A stretch of 63,155 bases of DNA, filler included, from Reticulomyxa filosa (Eukaryota > Protista > Foraminifera): the NCBI GenBank assembly GCA_000512085.1. It is 17 parts of 17 records of this genome, joined end to end, with 100 filler letters (N's around TTAATTAATTAA, not from the genome) between each part and the next. Parts side by side here need not be neighbours in the genome. Positions count along the whole stretch, not along the records: positions 46,481 to 51,341 come from ASPP01007737.1; positions 51,442 to 53,173 come from ASPP01025967.1; positions 53,274 to 54,599 come from ASPP01014802.1; positions 54,700 to 57,186 come from ASPP01012567.1; positions 57,287 to 60,667 come from ASPP01006271.1; 12 more parts are not named here. The stretch is one strand, 5' to 3'. The position numbers and the translations under genes were made by a program. Positions 47,873 to 60,767 of the stretch are shown one piece after another. The notes beneath the pieces were generated by a model, which was not told where the DNA came from, did no database searches, and saw only the letters and a list, made by a program, of their open reading frames with translations. Each line of letters begins with the position of its first letter. Positions within the stretch are counted from its first letter, which is position 1.

Positions 47873-50063
47873 CGTTTGTGATGTGCACGGAGTTTAAATT
47901 CAATTTGTTTTTGATTATTGCGGTGTTTTTCATTCTTTGTTTTTTTGTTTTGCCAACTTTTTTTTTTTTTTTAGGTGTGTAAATTCATTTGCACATTACT
48001 CACTCGTCAATGCGCAATTGGGTACAAACAAGTATGCATAAAAAAAGGCCACAGATTTGCAAACAAAAAATGGTTGACACCCATTAAATGTGCTCTTTTA
48101 TTATTTCTTTTTGCAAAAATTGTGTTTGGAAGCGTTACATGACATTAAGTACTTATCAAACACGTTTAATTATTTCTTTTTTTTAGACGAAATTATTATA
48201 AAAAAAAGGAAACATTGTTGCACAAAACTTTGTGAGAAAAAAAAGATCTCAAGTGATCAATCATGTTGTCATGTTGAGACAATAGAAAAACTTTTTCCAA
48301 TCAACCTAAGAAATCCAGCAAAAAAACAACATTTTGTTATAATTTTTAAAAATGAGAAAGCTCAGGCAAATTTCTAATTAATTTGTTCACTTTGACAATT
48401 ATGCTCTTTTATTATCGATTTCATGATTCCAGATTGGGCATTTTTTCCAAGATCTCATCTTTTTTGAAATTGAACGATGTGCCGAAATAGTCATGTGGTA
48501 TTTGATTTATATCATTCTCATATAACTTAAAAAGTAAAATGCTGGCAGTACAAAAATCTTGAAATGCTTTCTTTAAAATTTTTCCATTTGTGGGGAGTCT
48601 ACAGTGAAGAGCTTTACTAAATGTAATACGAAAGAGTGTTACTCTCAACGAGAGTGACTTTCAGGAAATAAAAGTAAATTAAAGAATAAATCAAAGACAA
48701 AAGGAGTAAGAGAGAAAACAAGTAAGAGGTAGTTTGTTGAGGAGGTTTAACCCAAAGGGAGCTCCTCAGTTCCATAGGCGTTCAGCCATGTGTGATAAGG
48801 GCTTGCCCTACAAAACCAAAGTAAATTTACTGAAGCAGTACAAGAAGTTGAAAAATATACAAAGTATTTATCATTAGAGGATACAATATATGAACAAGAG
48901 CGAGTAATTCAATTCAGGTTTGGAAAAAAAAAAAATTGAATTTTTAATTTTAAAAAATAAATTTATATAAATATAAAAAGAGTACAATGTCAAGTGAATT
49001 GTCGTTTCTTGGTCCACTTTAACCAATCATTGGGACCTTATAAAGTATACTTAGTATTAACAATTTTTTAATAATATCAATCAAAATTTTATTTGTAAAA
49101 TCTTGATCCAATATTAATAATAAATTTCATTTCACTTTTTGCTTATTTATTATTTATAAATACAATTTATTTATATTTCATAAAAAAAAACAAAAAAAAT
49201 AAATATTTATAAATTTTTTTCGAGTTAATATCACTGTATCCACCAAATAGAAATACTATATTATCTAAATAAACGTATGCATAATGTACAAATTTTGATA
49301 TATTATCGCATAATTTAATATGGTCAAAATGTAGTTTATTATTTTTTTATCTAATTAATGTGTTTGCAATGTCCACTAAAAGACAGCAAAGTGATTTGAT
49401 TAATGTCTTTGTTGTTATACTAATTTCATTACATAGTGTCCACATAATACAACATCACTTGGATAATCACAGATAAATCTGGTCGCTCATGTTGTTAATG
49501 TTAAGGATATGAAGATTTTTTTAAAAGTGAAAGTATATGAAAAAAGGAAATCTTTTAAAAGTAAAAAATTATACAATTTGATTATGAAAACAAGAATTAT
49601 CATTTCATTAGGCAATACATTCATGTGAAACAGAGAACATTCATTTTGAAAAGATCTTCTTAAATCAAACAAGTTTTCTGATAATTACATTTCAGCGCAA
49701 TTATTTTGTATCAACAAATATTTTAGAAAGCATATAATATTACTATTTACTAACAAATGCGACGCAATTATTTACATAAAAAAATTCCTGGAAAATGAAT
49801 TAGTTATATATGAGATATTCAGGTTTCAGAAAGTAAAGGATTTCAAAAAAAATTTTATTGAAATATCATTAAAAACGTATTTGCTCAAATTAACTTTTAA
49901 GGACTCAATAAAAATGACAAATGTGTAAATAATAAAGCCAATAAGAAAAAGAGATTAAAAAAAGATTTGTGTTATGGACTTTCCAAAAATTCTTGCATCA
50001 AACCCATTTCGCCTTCAAATGGAATAATCTGCAGTTTTTTGTCATTATTATCCAAGTTATAAT

Positions 50064-51341
<1,278 letters not shown>

Positions 51342-51482
51342 NNNNNNNNNNNNNNNNNNNNNNNNNNNNNNNNNNNNNNNNNNNNTTAATTAATTAANNN
51401 NNNNNNNNNNNNNNNNNNNNNNNNNNNNNNNNNNNNNNNNNATATATATATGTATATGTATACATGAATATGTATATGTAAT

Positions 51483-52151
51483 TTATAATTCAAAGTGGGA
51501 AAAAAGTAAAACTTTGGGAATGAACGGAGACGCAAAGAAATGCTGCAATTCAAACAGCACATCTTTGTTCAAACATTGATTGTTCGAATCCCAAGTTTCA
51601 ATCACAAACACACAATTTAAGTCGGCATTGGTAAATTGATTTCCATACACTGATGTCAGTATCAAATCTCCATTGTACATATTCGATCGCTTTTCTTTTT
51701 TTTTTTAATTTTTATTTTATTTTATTTTATTTTATTTTATTTATTATTGTTTATTTTGTTTTGAATTTCAACTGTCGTTGGTTGTGTATTTTGTAGCGAC
51801 GGCTACATGTTTGTCGATTTGCATCGCTTTCCAAGTACACTGTCTTAATTCTTCCCAATAACTAGAAGTCGCACTTGATTGTGGCACTAGATTGGGTGTA
51901 TTCAACTCCGCTTTCATTTTGCTCAACCAGTCTCTCACTTCTTTCCCAGTTAACAACACTTTTACCTCCGGTTTTTTCGGCATTTGTGCTTGCACTTTTA
52001 TACTATTACTGTGACAGAAAAATCTATTACTACCATGATGTTGCACATTTGGCAAAAGCCATTGTCGAAATGTTATCCAATTCTTGTTCCACATCGACAA
52101 TATTTTCCTGATGCCAAAATTATGGACCGTGGTTTGGTTTTCACCGAACAC
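51483..52151 (-). CDS. Hypothetical protein, at least two exons, 3'-partial
   Basis: Coding-like ORFs 51768-52151 and 51483-51680 are separated by an (AAAAT)n intron. No motif was recognised. Confidence 0.4.
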
Positions 52152-52492
52152 GGTCTTTGCTGTTACGAGATTTTATTGTTGTGTATATTTCAACTATTGT
52201 CTTTTTTCAATATCTGTTTTGTTTAATTTATGGCAAGAAACAGCCTTAACAACTTCTTCGTTGTTTAATTCCTTTGTCTTATCCTTTGAAAAAGCCAATA
52301 AACTTTTTTTTGTAAGCAGTTTTTGAGAAAACAATGAAAAGACGAATAAAATCAAAGATCACAAATGGACCATCGCAAGGATAACGAGCGGTTCATCTCA
52401 AGAAAAAAGCTTTTTTTTTAATCTGTCAATAAAAAGGAATCACAATTTGAAAAAAAATATTGCTAATTGAACTCAATAATTTAGCATCTTCT

Positions 52493-53066
52493 ATGGCCTC
52501 TCCAGCGAAGGAGCCATCCACAGAGATGGAGACAGCTCCTTTCCTGCCTGGGAACAAAGAACACCAAGGCGGAGCGGATGTGCAGAAGGGCAGAGATCAT
52601 TCGTCAGAGGAAGAGGAAAATGAAGACAAGAATGGCAACGCCAAGAAAGAGACACAAGAAGAAGAAGCACAAAACAACGGTAATGAGAGAGTTCAATCAA
52701 AAGAAGTGATATACGCCCCTCCAATAATATCCGTCGACGACACGCTAGAAACAGAAAAAGCAGAGGCAGAAGAGGACGACGATGCACAAAAGGAGAGTCT
52801 ATTGTTGAAACCGAACAAAGGTGATGGCGATGGCAATGATATCGAAGACGAAAGTGACTCGCACGATTTCATCGAAGAGAAGCTGTCCATCGAGTTTTTC
52901 TGCAAAGTGGCATTATTCCTATACGCATTTTTATGCGGCCTCATCAACAGCTGGGGATATTCCAACAGCAAAGCCTGGTTTCAATTCTTAATGGTTGTCA
53001 ATATCTTGTCTTGCATCGTCGGCATCATTGGCTGTTATTTGAAACTTTATCAATGTTTGCTTGGGG
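52493..53066 (+). CDS. Membrane protein with acidic disordered N-terminus and at least two TM helices; 3'-partial
   Basis: MASPAKEPSTE... leads an E/D-rich region, then FFCKVALFLYAFLCGLINSWGY and WFQFLMVVNILSCIVGIIGCY, then a (TA)n intron. Confidence 0.65.
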
Positions 53067-53273
53067 TAATCGCATATATATATATATGTATATGTATATA
53101 TACATATATATATACGTACATATATATGTACATATATACACATACATATACGTATCTATATACATATACATATNNNNNNNNNNNNNNNNNNNNNNNNNNN
53201 NNNNNNNNNNNNNNNNNTTAATTAATTAANNNNNNNNNNNNNNNNNNNNNNNNNNNNNNNNNNNNNNNNNNNN

Positions 53274-54530
53274 AAAAGAATACGAGAATAAAAGAAATGA
53301 TGAATTGGTAAGCAAAGACTTAAAAGTGACAATGGAAACAAATGCGATTGCCACTGTCGACAACATTGATAAGTGCTCGATTGGTGGAGAGGACAACAGC
53401 AGCAGCGACGAGGATATCACCCATTTGTGTGGCGTGCCTACTGACGAACATGCAAATGCACATGCAAATACAAAAGACATTGACATTGATGTCGACATGG
53501 AAACCAAAGAAGACAAATGTGACGACAAGATAACAGCAATGAAGAAGACTGGCAAGAAACGCAGCGAGACAGGACAAAGGTCCAAGGCAAAGACAACATT
53601 GGAGCCAATGTCAAGTGCAAGTGTAAAATGTAAATGAAATGCAAATCAAATACAAATGCAAGTAAAAAGGTAAAGACCAAAGTCAAAGCCAAAGCACAAT
53701 ACAAAAAGGAAAAAGTATCAAACAACTTTGTAAAATTGGATTTGAAGCATCGATACAAAATGAGACGACACAAGAACAAGAGAGCGTCAAAGCGCAATGG
53801 GCTGAGCGCGAGAGGCGAAAGGGCACAGAAATTTTGCTACGACAGACTCGGGAACGTGAAAAAGACGAATATATTTTGGAATTGGGTAAAAGAAAAGAAA
53901 CTCAAAGAGACCGTTGCAAAAGAGTTGTTGACTTTGGACGACACTTACAAAATGGAAGTTTTGTTATTATCTCGAAAAAGGTAACCATAGATACCATTAC
54001 AAAGTGTCGACCCTTACAAAAAAAAATGTATATACATATACATATACATATATTAGAAAGAGTTAAAATCAGACGAATCCGAGATAGATACAGGAATGGA
54101 TCCACAAGCATTGACAGAAACCAAAGGGGACGAAAGAAAGGAGGAAATGCAAGTGGAAAACGAAAGGCAAAAGAGCAAAGAGGAATTGGGAGAGATGATA
54201 GACCAAATATTGAAAGAGGACTTTGGACTGAAAGCATTTCGACCTGGACAACGGGAGGCCATTTTGCACGTTGTGCAAAAGCAGTCGTGTCTGCTGCTGC
54301 TGCCCACGGGGGCAGGCAAGTCTTTGTGCTACCAACTCCCTTGTCTCTTTTTAAAGCGCTGTCATCCCATCTCCGCCACTCCCGTCACTCTGGTTGTGTC
54401 CCCACTCATCTCTTTGATGCAAGACCAATGTCGACATTTGCCCTCTCATTTGCGTGGCGCCGTGTGGGATCACTCTTTGCAACTCGAACAAATAGTTCGA
54501 TTGCGAAATGATTTAATGTTTCGTCTTTTT
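53274..54530 (+). CDS. RECQL4: RecQ4-like DNA helicase fragment
   Basis: NNFVKLDLK (cf. the RecQ4 N.V.LN.K motif), then FGLKAFRPGQREAI...LLLLPTGAGKSLCYQLP...TLVVSPLISLMQDQCRHLP (motifs 0, I, Ia). An apparent frameshift lies near 53630. Confidence 0.8.
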
Positions 54531-54865
54531 TTAAAAAAAAAAAAAAAAAAAACAAATTAAAGCAATAATTCTGTTATCATAAATGTACACATATATGTAN
54601 NNNNNNNNNNNNNNNNNNNNNNNNNNNNNNNNNNNNNNNNNNNTTAATTAATTAANNNNNNNNNNNNNNNNNNNNNNNNNNNNNNNNNNNNNNNNNNNNA
54701 ACCACAATAGTCAAAAACAAAGCATTCAAAAAGGGGGGGGGGGGGGGGGGGGGGGGGTTTAAAAAAAAAAAAAAAAAAAAAATTTGAAGCAATCGAACTT
54801 TTTCATTGGATTCTGTAACATTGAAAGATAATTATACGTATGCGATAATGATCTACTGGAAAAAC

Positions 54866-57060
54866 ATGGACGCATCCACGCAAGTACCAGGAGCGAATGG
54901 AAGCAGTGCGAATCCGGGGAAAACGTCATCACAGGTGTCTCCGCGTCAAGAGAGTGAAGAAGGGATGACATCGTTTGGAGGAGGGGACCGAGGCATGAGC
55001 CCGCCCTTAGCAATGAATGAAGAATCGCCACGGGGGACATTAGACGATGGCGACATAAATCCGTCTTTGTTCTCCATGCCTCAATCGCGACCCGCTGCAA
55101 ATAGTGTTGTCTCTGTGAACTCCACAGCCTCCAATGGCGGCAATGCCAGCAGCTCAAATCCCACAAGTCAAACATGGAATGCCAATCGACCACCGAAAAA
55201 ACTGCATTTTTGGCGAGTGACACTGCGCGGCAAAAAAGTAAAAAAGATGAAAAAAACGGGCCATTTGGCGAACGAGTCGGTGTATGTGTCATCGCCAAGT
55301 CCGGTGGCCACGATGGGTCCATTGAATGGTAATGAAAATATGCTGCTGTCGTCGTCTTACTTTGATTGGCTGACTTTGAAATTGACAACCACGTCATCGG
55401 ACTCGTTCGTTGGCATGAGAACCACACATTATCAAGACAAAGACGCTCTTGCCGGTACCACCGCCTTCGACTCTAGACTTCCGTCTCAGAGACGTCACAA
55501 TCTCCTACTCACAGGCTTTGACGAACACGAGACATGGGACCCTGCTTTCGACTCCGAATCCGATGCCATTTTGAAGAAACCCAATTATGTCACTTGCTCG
55601 CATAAGTTGGATAATGCCCAACTACTTTATCAATGGAATTTGCTCGTCGTCACTGGTCTCTTTATATACATATATGTACATATGCATATAATTAGATATT
55701 CATATATATTTATTCTTTTTTTTTTTTGCATTATCTCATGGCTTATGAAAGGACGAAAGCGAGCAATCGACGGACCGATCTCAATGGTTTGGTATGGCAA
55801 CTCGGACATAACCGTTCGCAAAATTGGCAAAATGCACGCCTGTGTGGATGCCAGTTGCTTGCAATTTGTCGGGAGCGATGGCAATCCAAATGAGCTCAAG
55901 TACTGCTGTGGCCGTGTTGCTGATGTCATGATATGGGATGGAGTGTTGTCCAAACTCGACATTTTGCAATTGTATTCTGCCCTTTTCAACAGTTACAAAT
56001 AGACAATTCAATAAATACATATGTATATACATATATGCATATACATATATACACATATACATATATATGTATATAATGTATATATATTTGTTTACACAAC
56101 AACAACAAAGTATTATTTTCATGGTTGTGGTTAATATAGAACAGTTGGATCCAACTTTGAAAAAAAGTGCGCTGCAGATGCGTTTGACGCCGCCATTGAG
56201 TTGGGACAAGGAACAAATATGGAGCCATTTGCACTCGAAGCCATTTGGACTCAAGCATTACTACAATCATTTGAAGACAGACGTCCCGGCCGAGACGGCA
56301 GACAACGCAAAGACTTCGGAGCCCAGTGATCATTCGAGCGAACACAAAGCGGAGCCTAAAATGCTGCCTTCGCCTGACATGACGTCGCACGAGCAAACAG
56401 CAATCAATGGAGTGGAGCCACCAACGGTATTTTATTGTTGTTGTTTGAAATCTGTACCAAAAAAAAAAAAATAAATATATATATACATATACATATATAT
56501 ATATATATATATATAAAATAAACAAACAACAAAAGCTGGTCACACCAAATGGCAATGAACACAGTCCAATCCAACAAAGTGGCAACGACGAAGACAACGA
56601 AAATGACAACGCGTGGCTGCATTCTCCGAAACAGTCCGACTTGAAAGTGCCGTCACCCACATCCATTGTGAGCGAAGAGCTGTGGGGCCAGCTGGCAGCC
56701 GATATCCGAGACGAGCAACAAAAAGCAAAGAAAAAAAAAGAGGCAGGGAAAAATGGTTTGTTCAGCTCTTTCTTTCGTTCCTTTCGACAAAAGCCGGAAA
56801 GCACGCACAACGAACACTCACCTGCTTTGGTTCATCGCACGTCCACTTCTCACTCGCATGGCGGTCCAAACGACCCTACCAAAGGCATACGTCCCCCTCC
56901 GTTGCAACCGCCGCCCAAAGTCCCTAAAGCGCAAACCAAAGCGAAACCAAAGGCAAGCAACGATAAAGCGGAGTCAAATGTCATTGTCAAAGGCACTGTG
57001 CAATTGCCGCCATTGCGAGATTGCGTCCAGCACGTGGGATTGTATCAAACCTCCAATGTT
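54866..57060 (+). CDS. Multi-exon protein with a concanavalin A/LamG-like domain between disordered regions; 3'-partial
   Basis: QWNLLVVT...LQFVGSDG...CCGRVADVMIWDGVLSKLDILQLY fits the LamG W...V.T...G....G.IADV.IW...LS..EI..LY pattern. Confidence 0.6.
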
Positions 57061-57329
57061 TTGTGTTATTTAACTTTTGTTCGTTACAAATAATGTTATA
57101 TACATATACACATATATGTATATGTACATATATATATATTATATATATATATATGTACATATATATATATATATAATGTTTGTGAANNNNNNNNNNNNNN
57201 NNNNNNNNNNNNNNNNNNNNNNNNNNNNNNTTAATTAATTAANNNNNNNNNNNNNNNNNNNNNNNNNNNNNNNNNNNNNNNNNNNNACACACACACACAT
57301 AATATATATATATATATATATACATATAG

Positions 57330-57364
<35 letters not shown>

Positions 57365-57389
57365 TTATTCCAACGAGATAAATACACAT

Positions 57390-58428
57390 ACAGCATCGGA
57401 TGCCATTTTGTCCAATTTATCTGTTCGCTCTTGATCCAAATGATTCAACTTGTCGATACATTTGGTCAGCTCCTCGTTGTCTGTTGACAACGTACGAATT
57501 TCCTGTGTCGCTTGCTCCAGCTGCATTTCGAGCCGCCTCTTTTCGTCCAGAAGCTTTGCATTTTCTTTGCGATATTCTTCACACTGCTTTTGGGTGGGCT
57601 TTCCAATGTCGTTGATCCATTGGTGCAACTGTTGAATTTCTTGGTCCTGTTTCACACACACACACATTTTGCAATCGTGTTTACTGCTATCTATTTACTC
57701 AAGTTAAAAAAAAAAGGTTCATTTTTTTTTTAATTTTTTGGGGGGGGGGGGAGGGGAGGGTATATGGAGGCATTTTAAGAAAAGCGGAAAATTCTGTGTA
57801 GAATTTTCCAGATTTTTCTGGATTATCGTCCAATATATATGTTTATAATTTTTCTTTTTTATTTCTCCCCATCTCTCCCTTCCTCTCCTCTCTTTCTCTT
57901 GTCCACTCGAAAAAAACAAAAAACAAAAAAACAAAAACAAAACCTTTTGAGATGATCAACTTTGCGATTAAGTACGTCGTCAGAATGCAAATCAGGGTAT
58001 TCTTGCAATTCTAGTCCTTGGGAATTGCCAGTGTCAATATGCTGACCTAAACTGTTAGTGGTGATCATTTCTGCCGAGCTCTCGTTTGGCTGTGGTTTTG
58101 CCAGCGTGTTGATGTTGGTTTGTAGTAAAAACTGTGCGAAAAATTCAGATTCCAACAACTCGGTATACTTTATTTCACCTGACTTGTCCATGTCAAATGC
58201 GCTGAAAAGTGTTCGTAATTGCTCTTCATTCGACTCAGGCATCCATTCGGTCATCAACGTCTTAAACTCACCAAAGTCCAATACTTTGTCATTATTCGCA
58301 TCCGCTTCCTCAAACATTACTCGCAACTTGTTCAGTAAGTGCTCCATCTCTGTTACAGTTGTTACAGTTTGTGCACGGCTTCGATATGTTGGCTGTGCAT
58401 CTGCTAAAATTTGCTCGTGCTGCGCCAT
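57390..58428 (-). CDS. EF-hand pair plus coiled-coil protein; 3'-partial
   Basis: FEEADANNDKVLDFGEF and FSAFDMDKSGEIKYTEL are EF loops. A downstream exon QDQEIQQLHQW...LEQATQEIRTLSTDNEEL is heptad-rich. Confidence 0.85.
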
Positions 58429-60268
58429 TAGTTGTTGAGAATTATTTATTTATTTTTTTTTTACAGAGCAAATGAAATATATTTCCTGAAGAAAAAGGTT
58501 AACTTTTCTGAAATATAATTTATTTTGCTTGTTGAGATACCACATGGTAAGTTAACTGCACGTGTAATATTGAAAAGGAAGTTGAAACACTTTTTGTTGT
58601 TTAAAATATCTATCTCATATTTTTTTGTACAAGTAGTTAAACAACGAAATTATCCAAATGAACCTTTTTTGTTTAAAAAAATAAAATGGCTTAATACTAT
58701 GTATACTTAAATCAATGATATACATAAATTTTATAGCAAGTTACTAACTATTTACAACAATTTCAAATGAACTTTCTTAGTTTTTATTTTGAATGCTACT
58801 ACCTAATGATATTTTCAACAAGATCTTGATTTATAAAAGATAGAATAGAAAAATTTAATTAAGTATGTAGGAAGAGTCTAGAGATCTAAATGTAGCAAGA
58901 AAGAACTTGCTACTGAAATGGAGTTTCAATAAAAGAAAATCATAAAACACAATGCAATGATAAAACAAATCAACAAGAAAATTTGTTGTGAGATTGAAAA
59001 ACAGAATACTTTTATTAACAAAAATGCTTAAGTCCTTTTTACTTTGATAACAGTTAGTGTTTATATACAAATAAAAGCTTTGAGTCTATTAGCATATACT
59101 GATGTACATTGTACATTTTGATATATTCTCCTAATTTAATCTTTCGTTTTAAATAAAAATTATCAAATATATTTTTACTTTCATATTGAATCAGTTAAGT
59201 TTATGCTTTTAATATGATTATATTACAGTATATAATAACATTAATTAAAGGCATATAGTTCAACAACTCAGTATTATAATGGTGCAATCACATTTATGTA
59301 GCGCGAAAAAGCATTAGACGATCAAAACGCGTTCCAATATCTTATTGTAATCACAGATTCCTAGCATCAAAGATAATACAAACAACAAAGAATAAAATGT
59401 TTATACAGTGAATTGAAAAAAAGTCATAACTGAATGGCATCATTATGAAGAAAATCGATTTTCTACATGAAAAATAAACATTTAAACATAATTTTATTTT
59501 ATTTTAAAAATATTTATAAATCTTGTAGTTTTTGAATATGAAATTTGTCTTATAATAACTTTTTTCTATGTTGGTTAAAGAAATCATTTTTACATATATT
59601 TTTGAAAATTCCACATGAATGTATACAACATTTGCATATTTTTTTAAAAGTGAAAAATTAGGTTTAAATGTTTGTCTTTCATGTAGAAAATCGACTCTCT
59701 TCATAAGTGCATTGCAGTTTTTGCAATAACTGTAGTTTAATTTGTATATTTGATAAAATCGTACCATTATGTAGCAGCGATTTTCATCAGTAGTACCTTT
59801 TTCAACTTGTACTGCATGAAATTCGCATTTACAATTGTACGGACGCGATAAGCAAGATTGCTGACCGACAACACTCAAAGTATTTTTTTAATGTACGTTT
59901 GACCATCTTTCCAGCAATAAAAACACCGCAAATGTTTCGAGTATAATTTGGCAAAAAATACTAACTCTTCAATATTGCTTCACTTTATAAAACAATGTAA
60001 ACCAGAATAATAAATGTTTTAAAAAATATTTTTACAAAAAAAGCACTCCAGATTTGCAGGCGTTTCCTAATTCAATTTCTGTACATGTTTATTTTGATAA
60101 TAGTCTCTTTTAATAATTCTTACATTGTATGCATACATTTCTAAATCTTTTTTTTAAGGCTACATAAAAGTGAAGATATTTAATGTGTAGTTTTAGTGCG
60201 TTTACTTCGTCCGTGAAGGAAAAGGGGGGAAACGCAATAAATTTTTAATTTTTTTTGTTGACAGAATA

Positions 60269-60590
60269 ATGACCTCCCAAGAGCTTGTGCCAATTCGCGT
60301 AACAAATTCGCAAGAAGAGACAGTAGTAGAGGATGATGAAAAGCTGAAATCGACAATAGCAAACCGTTCAAGTAAAAGTGACAAAGTAACGTTGGACACG
60401 ATTCGAAGCCATTCTCGACGACAAAACGCATTGACATTCCTGCGCATTATTACAGTCTACGGTTTATTATTAGCCTATTTGATATATCAGATACTACTGG
60501 CAACAAACAAACAGCAAAACGAAACAGTAACAATGACTTCCAAATATGGTTTATCAGCTACAGAATTGCCAGTAATTTTCATTGGTAAAA
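60269..60590 (+). CDS. First exon of a membrane protein, possibly ENaC/PAC-like two-TM channel fold
   Basis: A cytoplasmic N-terminus, TM FLRIITVYGLLLAYLIYQILL, then ETVTMTSKYGLSATELPVIFI. Confidence 0.45.
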
Positions 60591-60767
60591 AAAATGGGGT
60601 TGAAACTCATTTTTTTTTTTTTTTTATTGTTTATAAACAAAAAAAAAAAAAAAACGGTTAAACTAAANNNNNNNNNNNNNNNNNNNNNNNNNNNNNNNNN
60701 NNNNNNNNNNNTTAATTAATTAANNNNNNNNNNNNNNNNNNNNNNNNNNNNNNNNNNNNNNNNNNNN

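Noticed and set aside
48725-48790. Minus-strand CUGAGGAG...AAAC as a hammerhead ribozyme
   Set aside because: The GAAA core is broken (UUAAAC), and no stem III or NUH cleavage triplet could be paired.
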